Shown: positions 49,132 through 58,946 of the stretch, in pieces | Position numbering within the stretch: the stretch's first letter is position 1 | How the letters are laid out: the number at the start of each line of letters is the position of its first letter | Source: Huintestinicola sp. | GTDB taxonomy: Bacteria; Bacillota; Clostridia; Oscillospirales; Ruminococcaceae | NCBI RefSeq assembly: GCF_051882455.1 | Contig: NZ_JBJERV010000014.1 | Span: 22,920 to 86,919, forward strand | Direction of reading: 5' to 3' | DNA length: 64,000 bases | Program-made: the position numbers and the translations under genes | Notes under the pieces: model-generated | What the model was told of the DNA's origin: nothing | Database searches by the model: none | The model's input: only the letters and a program-made list of their open reading frames with translations

Positions 49132-49198
49132 AATTTACTGTATAGTCACGATTTCATCACAATATCGACATATGTGCCGTATATACTATTAGTTGTGG

Positions 49199-49237
49199 AA
49201 AAGGAAAAGAGCCTGTCAGAGAGATCTGACAGACTCC
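49199..49237 (-). terminator. Terminator of tmRNA
   Basis: Minus strand GAGTCTGTCAGA/TCTGACAGGCTC followed by TTTTCCTTTT. Confidence 0.7.
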
Positions 49238-49263
49238 TGCACCGCCCTTGGACGATAACTGAT

Positions 49264-49615
49264 TGGTGGAGATGACGGGAATCGAACCCGTGTCCGAAAA
49301 CCGATCCACACAACTTTCTACGAGCATAGTCTGTTATTATCATTCCCTCGCATAAGAGCAAACAGACACGCTCTTATGCTCGGTAGCCTGCAGTACATCA
49401 TACAGACGCAGGCACTTCTGTATGACGTTCACCGCTGATCGGCGCCTGTTCCGAGACCGCGGTACTTCTCAGACAGACGAGCAGCAATTAAGCAGCTGCT
49501 AATTCAAAATTATCGTTGTCGTCTAATTTTAAAACGTGTGCGGGTTAAAGAGATCAGCACAATCCTCTGCTCGCTTATCATGCTTCAAAGTCCCCGTCGA
49601 AACCTTTACATCCCC
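49264..49615 (-). ncRNA. ssrA: tmRNA; predicted tag (A)DNDNFELAAA
   Basis: 5' GGGGATGTAAAGGTTTCGAC; 3' GGGTTCGATTCCCGTCATCTCCACCA; internal tag ORF ending GCA GCT GCT TAA; directly downstream of smpB. Confidence 0.96.
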
Positions 49616-49632
49616 GTTAATTGAAGCGGATA

Positions 49633-50103
49633 TTACCTGTTCTTTTCCTTGATGGCTCTGTCGATATCACGCTTTGCGGCTTCGGCAGCCATTGCGTCAC
49701 GCTTGTCGTGAAGCTTCTTGCCCTTGCACAGACCCACCTGGACCTTGACCCTTGAGCCTTTGAAATAAAGGGAGATGGGGATAAGTGTGAGCCCTTCCTG
49801 TTTGACCTGCCCGAAAAGCTTGTTTATCTCCTTTTTGTGAAGCAGCAGACGCCTTACGCGCATAGGGTCGCGGTTGAAAATATTGCCGTGGTCATAGGGA
49901 GAAATGTGCATTCCCTTTACCCAAAGCTCTCCGTCCTCAACGGTACACCAGGAATCCTTGAGGTTTACGCCGCCCTGACGGATAGCCTTGACCTCCGTTC
50001 CCACAAGCTCGATACCGGCTTCGTAGCTTTCAAGTATGAAATAATCGTGCCTTGCCTTTCGGTTTTCGGCGATAGTTTTGAAACTGCTCTTATCCGCAGG
50101 CAT
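49633..50103 (-). CDS. smpB: SsrA-binding protein
   Basis: [28 protein letters not shown]; promoter TTGACA-17-TATATT at about 50141-50169. Confidence 0.97.
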   Translation of the reverse strand: MPADKSSFKTIAENRKARHDYFILESYEAGIELVGTEVKAIRQGGVNLKDSWCTVEDGELWVKGMHISPYDHGNIFNRDPMRVRRLLLHKKEINKLFGQVKQEGLTLIPISLYFKGSRVKVQVGLCKGKKLHDKRDAMAAEAAKRDIDRAIKEKNR

Positions 50104-50251
50104 TTAAACACGTCCTTTCCATACGAATGCTGCAACAAATAATATACCATATCTGAGCCCCATTGTCAAGGCTTTTCTCCTTAAATTTTTTAGCAAATTC
50201 CGACATTTCCGTATTATATAATAAAATTACATCTGAAAGGAAGATGATATT

Positions 50252-52867
50252 ATGAATATGCAGAAGCTTACCAAAAAAACCATTGAAGCAATTCAGGCGG
50301 CGCAGGACACCGCTATGAATTACGGCAACACCAATGTTGACCAGCCTCATCTGCTCTATGCACTTCTTGTGCAGGAAAACGGTCTTATACCTCAGCTCGT
50401 TAAAAAGCTGGGCAAGGACCCTAATGTTGTGGCAGGCAGCGTTGAGCGCATTATCGGCAAGATACCCAAGGTATCGGGCAGCGGAAGGGATATGAACACA
50501 GTTTATATCTCCCAGTCTCTGGACAGGCTCCTTAATGCTTCGGAAGCAATTGCCAAGAGTATGGGCGACGAGTATGTTTCTGTTGAACATATTATGCTGT
50601 CCTATTTTGACAATGGGGATAAGGACATCAAGCAGCTTTTCACCGATTTCGCTCTTGACAAGGACGGTTTCCTGAAGGCGCTGCAGGAGGTAAGAGGCAA
50701 CCAGCGTGTTACCAACGATACTCCCGAGGATACCTATGATGTACTGAAAAAGTATGGTCAGGACCTTGTGGAGCTGGCTAAACAGAACAAGCTTGACCCT
50801 GTTATCGGCAGAGACAGCGAGATCCGAAACGCTATTCGTATCCTGTCAAGAAAGAGCAAAAACAATCCTGTGCTTATAGGCGAGCCCGGCGTCGGCAAGA
50901 CTGCCATTGCAGAGGGTCTTGCTCAGCGTATCGTCAGGGGAGATGTTCCTGATAATCTTAAGGACAGGAAGATATTCTCTCTGGATATGGGTTCCCTTAT
51001 TTCGGGCGCTAAGTTCAGAGGTGAGTTTGAGGAGCGTTTAAAGGCTGTTCTGAACGAGGTGAAAAAATCCGACGGAAAGATAATCCTATTCATAGATGAG
51101 CTGCACACCATTGTTGGTGCAGGTAAGACTGACGGCGCAATGGACGCAGGCAACCTTCTGAAGCCTATGCTGGCAAGAGGTGAGCTGCATTGTATCGGTG
51201 CAACCACTCTTAATGAGTATAGAATGTACATTGAAAAGGATCCTGCGCTTGCGAGACGTTTCCAGCCTGTTCAGGTAGACGAGCCTACTGTTGAGGACAC
51301 TATTTCAATTCTCAGAGGTCTGAAGGACAGGTACGAGGTATTCCACGGCGTTAAAATTCAGGACAGCGCGCTCATTACTGCTGCTGTGCTTTCTAACAGA
51401 TACATTTCCGACAGATTCCTTCCCGATAAGGCTATCGACCTTGTGGACGAGGCATGTGCTCTTATAAGGACGGAAATGAATTCGATGCCCACGGAGCTTG
51501 ACGATATTGCCAGAAAGATAATGCAGAAGGAAATTGCCGAGACTGCGCTCAAAAAAGAAGAGGACAAGCTTTCTCAGGAACAGCTTGTTGAAGTTCAGAA
51601 GGAGCTTTCCGAGCTGCGTGACGAGTTCAACTCCATGAAAACAAGATGGGAAAACGAGAAAAACTCCATTTCCCGTCTCCAGAAGCTTCGTGAGGACATT
51701 GACAAGACCAATGCCGACATTGCCGAGGCTGAGAGAAGCTATGACCTTAACAAGGCTGCTGAGCTGAAATACGGCAAGCTGCCTGCTCTGAAAAAAGAGT
51801 TGGAAGAAGCAGAAGATGTGGCTGACGATTATGAAAAGAACACCCTTCTCCGTGACAAGGTGACGGACGAGGAAATTGCTAAGATAGTTGGCAGATGGAC
51901 GGGCATTCCCGTTTCTAAGCTTATGGAGGGCGAAAGAGAAAAGCTTCTTCGTCTGGAAGATATCCTTCACAAGAGGGTCATCGGTCAGGACGAGGCTGTA
52001 GAAAAAGTCAGCGAGGCTATTCTCCGCTCAAGAGCAGGTATTCAGGACCCCAATCGTCCTTTAGGCTCCTTTATGTTTATGGGTCCTACGGGTGTTGGTA
52101 AGACAGAGCTTGCAAAGGCTCTTGCTCAGGCGCTTTTTGACGACGAGAAGAACATTGTCCGTATCGATATGACCGAGTATATGGAGAAGCACTCTGTGAG
52201 CCGTCTTATCGGAGCGCCTCCGGGTTATGTGGGCTACGAGGAGGGCGGTCAGCTTACCGAGGCTGTGCGCCGCAAGCCTTATGCCGTTGTTCTTTTCGAT
52301 GAGGTGGAGAAGGCTCACCCTGATGTGTTCAACATTCTGCTCCAGGTGCTCGATGACGGACGTGTGACCGATTCTCAGGGCAGGACTGTGGATTTCAAGA
52401 ACACAATTATTATCCTGACCTCTAACCTTGGTTCGGATTATATCCTTGACGGCATTGACGAAAATAACGAGATAACTCCCGAGGCAAGGGCACAGGTCGA
52501 TAAGCTGCTCAAGACCCATTTCCGTCCCGAGTTCCTCAATCGTCTGGACGAGATAGTATTCTACAAGCCTCTTTCCAAGAAGGAAATATATCCTATCATC
52601 GACCTTATGCTGGAAAAGCTCAGACAGCGTCTTGCAGACAAGCAGCTTGAGCTTGAGGTCACTGACAGCGCTAAGGAGCTTATTGTCAAGGAGGGCTATG
52701 ACCCTGTTTACGGTGCAAGACCTCTCAAGAGATATATCCAGAGCAAGCTTGAGACTCTTATCGCACGCACTATGATCGCTGAGGATCTGGAGCCCGATAC
52801 GGTCATCAGAGTGGACAGCGACGGTGAAAAGATGCTTGTGACGGCACTTCCTCCTGAGACTGAATAA
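50252..52867 (+). CDS. clpB: ATP-dependent disaggregase ClpB
   Basis: Two AAA+ modules ([16 protein letters not shown]) and a long middle domain (AAELKYG); no IGF/LGF loop. Confidence 0.96.
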   Translation: MNMQKLTKKTIEAIQAAQDTAMNYGNTNVDQPHLLYALLVQENGLIPQLVKKLGKDPNVVAGSVERIIGKIPKVSGSGRDMNTVYISQSLDRLLNASEAIAKSMGDEYVSVEHIMLSYFDNGDKDIKQLFTDFALDKDGFLKALQEVRGNQRVTNDTPEDTYDVLKKYGQDLVELAKQNKLDPVIGRDSEIRNAIRILSRKSKNNPVLIGEPGVGKTAIAEGLAQRIVRGDVPDNLKDRKIFSLDMGSLISGAKFRGEFEERLKAVLNEVKKSDGKIILFIDELHTIVGAGKTDGAMDAGNLLKPMLARGELHCIGATTLNEYRMYIEKDPALARRFQPVQVDEPTVEDTISILRGLKDRYEVFHGVKIQDSALITAAVLSNRYISDRFLPDKAIDLVDEACALIRTEMNSMPTELDDIARKIMQKEIAETALKKEEDKLSQEQLVEVQKELSELRDEFNSMKTRWENEKNSISRLQKLREDIDKTNADIAEAERSYDLNKAAELKYGKLPALKKELEEAEDVADDYEKNTLLRDKVTDEEIAKIVGRWTGIPVSKLMEGEREKLLRLEDILHKRVIGQDEAVEKVSEAILRSRAGIQDPNRPLGSFMFMGPTGVGKTELAKALAQALFDDEKNIVRIDMTEYMEKHSVSRLIGAPPGYVGYEEGGQLTEAVRRKPYAVVLFDEVEKAHPDVFNILLQVLDDGRVTDSQGRTVDFKNTIIILTSNLGSDYILDGIDENNEITPEARAQVDKLLKTHFRPEFLNRLDEIVFYKPLSKKEIYPIIDLMLEKLRQRLADKQLELEVTDSAKELIVKEGYDPVYGARPLKRYIQSKLETLIARTMIAEDLEPDTVIRVDSDGEKMLVTALPPETE

Positions 52868-52872
52868 TTTTC

Positions 52873-52916
52873 GGGCTGTATCATTTACCCCGGCGGAAAT
52901 GATACAGCCCTTTTTT
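52873..52916 (+). terminator. clpB terminator
   Basis: GGGCTGTATCATTT/AAATGATACAGCCC-T6. Confidence 0.85.
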
Positions 52917-53011
52917 GCTCAAAACATCAAGAAATCATTTTCCCTTTATGTTATTATATTATCAGAGGGGCAGACGTGCTTCTTTCATTAAATTTATTAC
53001 CGGTGATAAAT

Positions 53012-53827
53012 ATGGAAAAATTTGAAATTCTGTCCGAAGCCCTTGACTATATCGAAGAAAATCTCGGCAGGGGAGTCACCCCCGAGGAATGTGCCGCAAA
53101 ATGCTGCTACAGCCTTTCAAATATGCAGAAAATGTTCCGCTGTGTGTTTCACATCGGCATAAGCGACTACATTTCACGCCGGCGCATTACTATGGCGGCG
53201 AGGGAGCTTATCGAGACCGACAGCACGGTGCTTGATATTGCGGTGAAATACGGCTACAACTCCCACGAGGTGTTTACCCGTGCATTTACGAGGCTCTGGG
53301 GCGTTACTCCCGCAAGCTTTCGCAAAAGCAGCGGATTTTCCGAGATATTTCCCAAGCTTGGCAGGAACGATCGTCTGTTTGACGGGAAGGGGAATGAAAT
53401 TATGAGCAGTAAGATTAGATTTGACGTTTCTCACCTTTATGATTTTATTAAAGAGCGCAGAGGAAAATATGCGGTCTGCTTTGATATGTGCCATCTTATG
53501 TACATAAATGACACATTCGGCAGTGCGGCAGGCGACGCTGCCATAGCCGAATGTCTGAGGCGCATTGACAAGGCGGCAGGCGAGGATATGCTGCTTGTCA
53601 GAGTCGGAGGAGATGAGTTTGTTCTTATTACCGATCTTTCTGACAGATCCGATGCTGAGAAGGCTGCACAGAAGGTGCTTGAAAGCAACGGCGGAACTGT
53701 AAAATGCGGTGACAAGGAATTTGAGGTCTCCATGAGAGCGGGATTTGTTGTTATTCCGGAAAGCGGAAATATTCGCTACAACGAGCTTTTTGACAGCTTT
53801 ATCATTGCGAGCCGCCCCGGCGAATAA
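53012..53827 (+). CDS. AraC/Rob-type HTH fused to a GGDEF domain
   Basis: ALDYIEENL...VLDIAVKYGYNSHEVFTRAF...TP, then INDTFG...GD...RVGGDEF. Confidence 0.85.
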   Translation: MEKFEILSEALDYIEENLGRGVTPEECAAKCCYSLSNMQKMFRCVFHIGISDYISRRRITMAARELIETDSTVLDIAVKYGYNSHEVFTRAFTRLWGVTPASFRKSSGFSEIFPKLGRNDRLFDGKGNEIMSSKIRFDVSHLYDFIKERRGKYAVCFDMCHLMYINDTFGSAAGDAAIAECLRRIDKAAGEDMLLVRVGGDEFVLITDLSDRSDAEKAAQKVLESNGGTVKCGDKEFEVSMRAGFVVIPESGNIRYNELFDSFIIASRPGE

Positions 53828-53836
53828 GTTTTATTT

Positions 53837-53878
53837 GGTCTGTATCACTGAGTTTTTTGGTGATACAGACCTTTTTTT
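53837..53878 (+). terminator. Intrinsic terminator
   Basis: GGTCTGTATCAC/GTGATACAGACC-T7. Confidence 0.85.
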
Positions 53879-54059
53879 ATCGGCATAATTTACCGTATCT
53901 GCATTTTTCGTTAACATTATGTATTATATAACAAAAAATACTGCACAAATTCTACAAAGAATTATTTGACAAGCTTGATTTTTTGTGTTATAATATCTAT
54001 AAAGAAATTTGTGTAATCGAACACAAAAAATTATATTTAGAAACGGTGGTTGTGTATTG

Positions 54060-55913
54060 ATGGATGTTGTTGAGTTTCGCAGTCTGCTGATTGAAAGTCT
54101 CAAGGATAAAGATATCAAATCAGAACTGTTAAAGCTTCTGAGTGATGATAACGTTTCCGAACAGCTTAAAGCTTATGAGGATAAGATCAAGGCGCTTGAG
54201 GAGTCGGCTAAATCGGCAGAGGAAAAATACAAGAATCTTCTTTCGGATTATAATGATTTGTCGGGTACATCTGCCGCTGTCAAGCTTGAAGCGGAAGGCA
54301 AGGACAAGAAGATCGCCGAGCTTAACGAGACTATTGAGAAGCTTAAATCGGGCGAGAGCGACGCTGAGAAGATCTCTGCCGACCGTATCGCACGTCTTAC
54401 CTCTGAGGTCGATGAGCTTAAGGCTGCTGTTTCTGCAAAGGACGCAAAGGTTTCCGAGCTTACTGCTTCCGAAACTGCTCTCAAGGCTCAGATCGACTCT
54501 CTTACAGCTGCAGGAGACGATATGAAGAAGCAGCTTGAATCCTCAGGCTCTGAGAAAAATTCCGAGATAGCGCGCCTTACCGAAAAGGTTACTGCACTCA
54601 CTGCCGAGCTTGAGACCGAAAAGGCTAAGAATGCTCAGACAGAAGCGCTCAAAAAAGAAAAGGCAGAGCTGGAGGCAAAGCTTTCGGACGCTTCCTCGCA
54701 GGCTGATTCTATGGCTGCCGCTTCCTCCGCAAAGACTGCTGAGCTGCAGAAGACCATAGCTGATATGGACGTTAAGATAGTTGGTTATGTTTCCGAGATC
54801 GACAAGCTCAAGGCTGACGCAGAGCAGAAGGATAAGCTTATTGCCGATCTGAAAGACAGCGCAGAGTCCCGTTCCGCAGGTATTGCTTCCGAGAAGGCTG
54901 CTCTTGAGACTGAGCTTGCTGAGTTCAAGGGAAGATATGAAAAGCTTTCCGCTGAGGTCGATACATATAAGGCTGCTGCTGATTCTGCTGCTTCAAAGAC
55001 TGCGGAGATCGAGCAGAAGCTTGCTGCCGCTCAGGAGGATATCGAGCGCAAGGATAGTACTATTTCTCAGATAAACACTCAGCTCCAGGGTATGCTCATT
55101 CTCAGACAGAAGATCAACGAATATGCCGAGACTGCCAATGCTTATGCTGAGGAGGTTGAGAACGCAAGAAATATTCTTGCTGAAAGAGACAGCACTATCA
55201 ATTCGCTCAATGCACGTATTGAAGAAATATCCGGCAAGGAAGGCGAGCTTAACGCCAAAATTGAACAGTACTCCGAAGCTATCAATACTAAAAATTCCCA
55301 GATCGAGGAGATCGGTAAATATGCTGAGTCTCTCAAGTCTCACGCTGAGGAGCTTACTGCTCAGGTGGGCGAGAGAAATGCTGAGCTATCTGCAAAGAGC
55401 AATGAGATCGCTCAGCTTCAGAAGGATATCAAGGCATATAATTCAACATTCGGCGATCTTACACAGGTATTTCAGAAGTATCAAAATCTTACTCCTGCTA
55501 CCAAAAAGGGTCTTTCAGATGTATTCAACGAGGAACTTACCGTCAGAAGCTTCCTTTCCAGCGGCGCTCAGTGGGGTCATATCCAGGCTCTCTGGGAATT
55601 TGCACAGCAGAAGATCAACAACGAGGATTTCTCCGATATCGACACCCTCAATCAGATATTTGTTTACTTCTTAGACTTCCACAACAGCAGCTATCCCACT
55701 CCTCTTTACGAGCTGCTTGATACTAAGCCCGGCGATGCTTTTGATGAGGAGCAGCACACTAAGATCATGACAAGAGAGGAACGAAAGGCTGCGTTCTTTG
55801 ATAACAAGAAGAAGGGCAGTGCTTCGGAGGGTCCTGTCAAGGAGGTCGTTCTCCACGGATTTAAAAATCTCAGAAACGGCCGTATCTTAAAGCCTTCCAT
55901 TGTAAGAGTATAA
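54060..55913 (+). CDS. Long coiled-coil protein with a GrpE-like C-terminal domain
   Basis: About 430 aa of A/E/K/L/S heptads; ends PGDAFDEEQH...VKEVVLHGFK...GRILKPSIVRV. Confidence 0.75.
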   Translation: MDVVEFRSLLIESLKDKDIKSELLKLLSDDNVSEQLKAYEDKIKALEESAKSAEEKYKNLLSDYNDLSGTSAAVKLEAEGKDKKIAELNETIEKLKSGESDAEKISADRIARLTSEVDELKAAVSAKDAKVSELTASETALKAQIDSLTAAGDDMKKQLESSGSEKNSEIARLTEKVTALTAELETEKAKNAQTEALKKEKAELEAKLSDASSQADSMAAASSAKTAELQKTIADMDVKIVGYVSEIDKLKADAEQKDKLIADLKDSAESRSAGIASEKAALETELAEFKGRYEKLSAEVDTYKAAADSAASKTAEIEQKLAAAQEDIERKDSTISQINTQLQGMLILRQKINEYAETANAYAEEVENARNILAERDSTINSLNARIEEISGKEGELNAKIEQYSEAINTKNSQIEEIGKYAESLKSHAEELTAQVGERNAELSAKSNEIAQLQKDIKAYNSTFGDLTQVFQKYQNLTPATKKGLSDVFNEELTVRSFLSSGAQWGHIQALWEFAQQKINNEDFSDIDTLNQIFVYFLDFHNSSYPTPLYELLDTKPGDAFDEEQHTKIMTREERKAAFFDNKKKGSASEGPVKEVVLHGFKNLRNGRILKPSIVRV

Positions 55914-55918
55914 TGTTT

Positions 55919-55956
55919 CAGCCGCATTTTTCGTAACCGAAAAATGCGGCTGTTTT
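55919..55956. terminator. Terminator between convergent genes
   Basis: CAGCCGCATTTTTCG/CGAAAAATGCGGCTG-TTTT. Confidence 0.8.
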
Positions 55957-55966
55957 ATGCGGAACC

Positions 55967-56326
55967 TTATGTAGCCCCGCCTGTACCAAGACCGAAACTG
56001 ATCGAAAGAGCGTTGTTTACCTCATTCATGGAGGGAGTGTCAAGCTCTCCCATTCGTTCCTTGAGCCTTTTTTTGTCTATTGTACGGATCTGCTCAAGGA
56101 GAACCACACTGTCCTTTGAAAGTCCGCATTTGTCTGCATTAAGCTCAATATGAGTCGGAAGCTTTGCCTTTTCACGCTGGCTTGTAATTGCTGCGGCTAT
56201 TACTGTCGGACTGTGACGGTTTCCTACATCGTTCTGGACTATCAGGACCGGTCTTATTCCTCCCTGCTCCGAGCCGACTACGGGGCTGAGATCCGCATAA
56301 TATATTTCTCCTCTTTTTACAGACAT
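55967..56326 (-). CDS. mazF: PemK/MazF-family endoribonuclease (EndoA/NdoA-like)
   Basis: [34 protein letters not shown]...[13 protein letters not shown]; AAAGGA RBS. Confidence 0.95.
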   Translation of the reverse strand: MSVKRGEIYYADLSPVVGSEQGGIRPVLIVQNDVGNRHSPTVIAAAITSQREKAKLPTHIELNADKCGLSKDSVVLLEQIRTIDKKRLKERMGELDTPSMNEVNNALSISFGLGTGGAT

Positions 56327-56490
56327 TTTAGTATCATCCTTTCCTTGTTTTGTAGGAGATTTTTTCTGTCTGTTTATATTTTTACCGCCTGAAAGAAAAA
56401 TAATCATAGAGCGAGAAATTTTCGCAAAAAAATAAGGGCATATCTCCGTCGGTATCATGGGGGAACGGCGGAAATATGCCCCTTATTATT

Positions 56491-57567
56491 TTATGCAAGG
56501 TGGGATATCGATGTTACGGTGGTAACAAGCAGATAACCCATGATAACAAGCCAGGGAAGTGACGTGAAAAGATATTTCCAGGTCCTGGCTTTTGTATATC
56601 CGTTTGTTTCAACAAGCTTTCCGTGGGCAGATGAGGTATATCTGACGATGATGATTATTGAACCCACAACGCAGGCAAGCCTGAAAAGCGATATAAGCGA
56701 AGAGATCAGCATCAAGGAAACTGACACATTCAGCAGGGCTGCCATATTGCTGAGATCGTTTATGTTAACTGACTGTATTACCACCAGCAGCACTGCCGAC
56801 ATTGTATTATTCAGTATATGAAGTAAGATGGAGGGGAGCAGTGAGCCGCTTTTTACGGCAATATATCCCCAGACAAGACCTATTGAAACTGCAGGCAGAC
56901 ACTGTGCTATGTTCTGATGCATAAGTCCGAACATAACTGCCGACATTATTATTCCGAAAAGATTTCCGTATTTTCGCAGACCCTCAAGAAGAACTCCGCG
57001 GAAAATAAGCTCCTCAAGTATCGGTCCGAGCAGACAGATGTAGATGTATATCAGCACATCGAGCCAAAGGGGATTGCCTTTTGGAGCAATGCTTACTGAT
57101 GTGGTATTTTCAATGCTGAAATCTGACAGCTTTCCCATTGCAGCCATAAGGGCAAAGATAAGAATTAAATTAACAAAGGCTGCTATGGTTGCCACACTGA
57201 AGGTCATTGCTGTTGCTCCGAGAAAGCCTTTTCCGCTCAGTCCCGCAGTTTTCAGCCTGCTTTTAAGATCTGCCTTGGTGATAAGCAGACCTATTCCCAA
57301 AGCGGCGATATCTGCGGCAATAGGAAAGCCATAGGAATAGATGGCGTACATTACGGGGGTGGCACGGAGAATTTGCTTGCCTGCTTTGATACCTTCTTCT
57401 GTGAAGCTTCCGCCCATAATTCCCGAGGATATGGTCATTATAAGGGTATTGAGTCCGCTGAATACCAGCACGAGAACTATCATTATCCACGCAAGACGGA
57501 AATAATGCTTTCTCAGAAGCTTGTGTTCTTCGGCGTCCGGGAGTGAATAGGTGTTTTGATATGTCAT
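56491..57567 (-). CDS. CPBP (CAAX/Abi) intramembrane protease
   Basis: EELIFRG, FGLMH and HILNN motifs. Confidence 0.9.
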   Translation of the reverse strand: MTYQNTYSLPDAEEHKLLRKHYFRLAWIMIVLVLVFSGLNTLIMTISSGIMGGSFTEEGIKAGKQILRATPVMYAIYSYGFPIAADIAALGIGLLITKADLKSRLKTAGLSGKGFLGATAMTFSVATIAAFVNLILIFALMAAMGKLSDFSIENTTSVSIAPKGNPLWLDVLIYIYICLLGPILEELIFRGVLLEGLRKYGNLFGIIMSAVMFGLMHQNIAQCLPAVSIGLVWGYIAVKSGSLLPSILLHILNNTMSAVLLVVIQSVNINDLSNMAALLNVSVSLMLISSLISLFRLACVVGSIIIIVRYTSSAHGKLVETNGYTKARTWKYLFTSLPWLVIMGYLLVTTVTSISHLA

Positions 57568-57619
57568 AAAATTGCCTTTCTTTATATGCCAAAAACGCCC
57601 CGTATACGGAGCGAATTTG

Positions 57620-58927
57620 TTAGTTTCTGATTATTTTTATTACTGAGGGGGCTTTTTCGGGTGCTGCATCGCTGAAACGGAATAATCTTATAAATTCTTC
57701 GGCAGCAGCATCGATATCACAGCTTGACGAGGTAACAAGCTTTCCCAGAGACTCTCCCTTTTTAACATAATCACCGACTGTTTTGTTAAATATTATTCCG
57801 GCTGTGGGGTCTATATCTCCGCCTTTGACCTTTCGTCCTGCGCCCAGGCTGAGTGAGATAAGTCCCGTTTTTTCACAGGATATGCCTGAAATATAGCCGT
57901 CTCTGTCCGATATGACTTCTTTTGTATGCGTTGGGATGCCAAGGAGAGTATAGTCATAAAGAGCTTTTGGGTCTCCGCCCTGGAGCTCTGCCATTTTTTC
58001 AAGAGACTTTAATGCTTTTCCAGATGAAAGAGCTTCCGATGCAAGCTCTCTGCATTTTTCGGGTGAGCCGAGTCCTGCAAGGAAGAGCATTTCCGCTGCA
58101 AGAGTGATGGATATTTCATAAAGATCTTCGGGGCAGTTTCCCTTGAGGGCTTCTATCGCCTCAACTACTTCAACGGCATTTCCTACTGCCATTCCGAGGG
58201 GCTTTTCCATATTGGTCAGAACTGCTGTGCATTTTCTGCCTGCGAGCTTTCCGACTCTTATCATAGCTTCTGCAAGCTTTTCGGCATCGCCGTAATTTTT
58301 CATAAACGCGCCGTCGCCGACCTTAACGTCAAGGACTATTCCGTCAGCTCCTGTTGCCAGCTTTTTGCTCATTATGCTTGAACAGATAAGAGGTATACTG
58401 TCAACTGTGGCTGTAGCGTTTCTGAGGGCGTATATCTTTTTATCGGCGGGAACAAGTGAGCCTGTCTGACCCGAGATCGCAAATCCCGCTTCACGTATTA
58501 TGGATATAAATTCGCTGTGTGTCAGAGATGTTCTGAGACCGGGGATCGCTTCAAGCTTATCTATGGTACCGCCCGTATGACCTAAGCCTCTTCCTGACAT
58601 TTTCGGAACGTAAACTCCGCAGGCTGCGCAGATAGGTGCAGCTATGAGGGTCGTTTTATCTCCTATACCGCCTGTGCTGTGCTTGTCAATGCATATCTGT
58701 CCCAGTTCTTTTGAGGGAGCATAGGTATCGCCCGAATTTATCATTGCTGATGTAAGCGCGGAGGTCTCCTCGGGGCTCATACCGTTAAAGCATATTGCCA
58801 TAAGCAGCGCCGACATCTGATAATCGGGGATATCTCCGCTGACAAAGCCCTTTGTTATCCATTCGATCTCATCGTTCGAAAGCTCGCTGCCTCGGCGTTT
58901 TTTCATTATAATGTCATAAGCGGTCAT
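57620..58927 (-). CDS. pdp: Pyrimidine-nucleoside (thymidine) phosphorylase
   Basis: DKHSTGG, KMSGRGLGHTGGTIDKLE, SIMSKK. Confidence 0.95.
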   Translation of the reverse strand: MTAYDIIMKKRRGSELSNDEIEWITKGFVSGDIPDYQMSALLMAICFNGMSPEETSALTSAMINSGDTYAPSKELGQICIDKHSTGGIGDKTTLIAAPICAACGVYVPKMSGRGLGHTGGTIDKLEAIPGLRTSLTHSEFISIIREAGFAISGQTGSLVPADKKIYALRNATATVDSIPLICSSIMSKKLATGADGIVLDVKVGDGAFMKNYGDAEKLAEAMIRVGKLAGRKCTAVLTNMEKPLGMAVGNAVEVVEAIEALKGNCPEDLYEISITLAAEMLFLAGLGSPEKCRELASEALSSGKALKSLEKMAELQGGDPKALYDYTLLGIPTHTKEVISDRDGYISGISCEKTGLISLSLGAGRKVKGGDIDPTAGIIFNKTVGDYVKKGESLGKLVTSSSCDIDAAAEEFIRLFRFSDAAPEKAPSVIKIIRN

Positions 58928-58946
58928 AGTTTTTTATCCTTCTATC

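Noticed and set aside
49140-49290. tmRNA 3' end as an island integration site
   Set aside because: No integrase and no duplicated 3' end seen in the window.
50186-50215. TTAGCA upstream of clpB as a second CIRCE
   Set aside because: Only 6 bp match and there is no right arm.
56327-56458. 44-codon in-frame extension of mazF as a fused antitoxin
   Set aside because: It starts inside the upstream terminator hairpin, has no RBS and no antitoxin features; a good RBS precedes ATG 56326.
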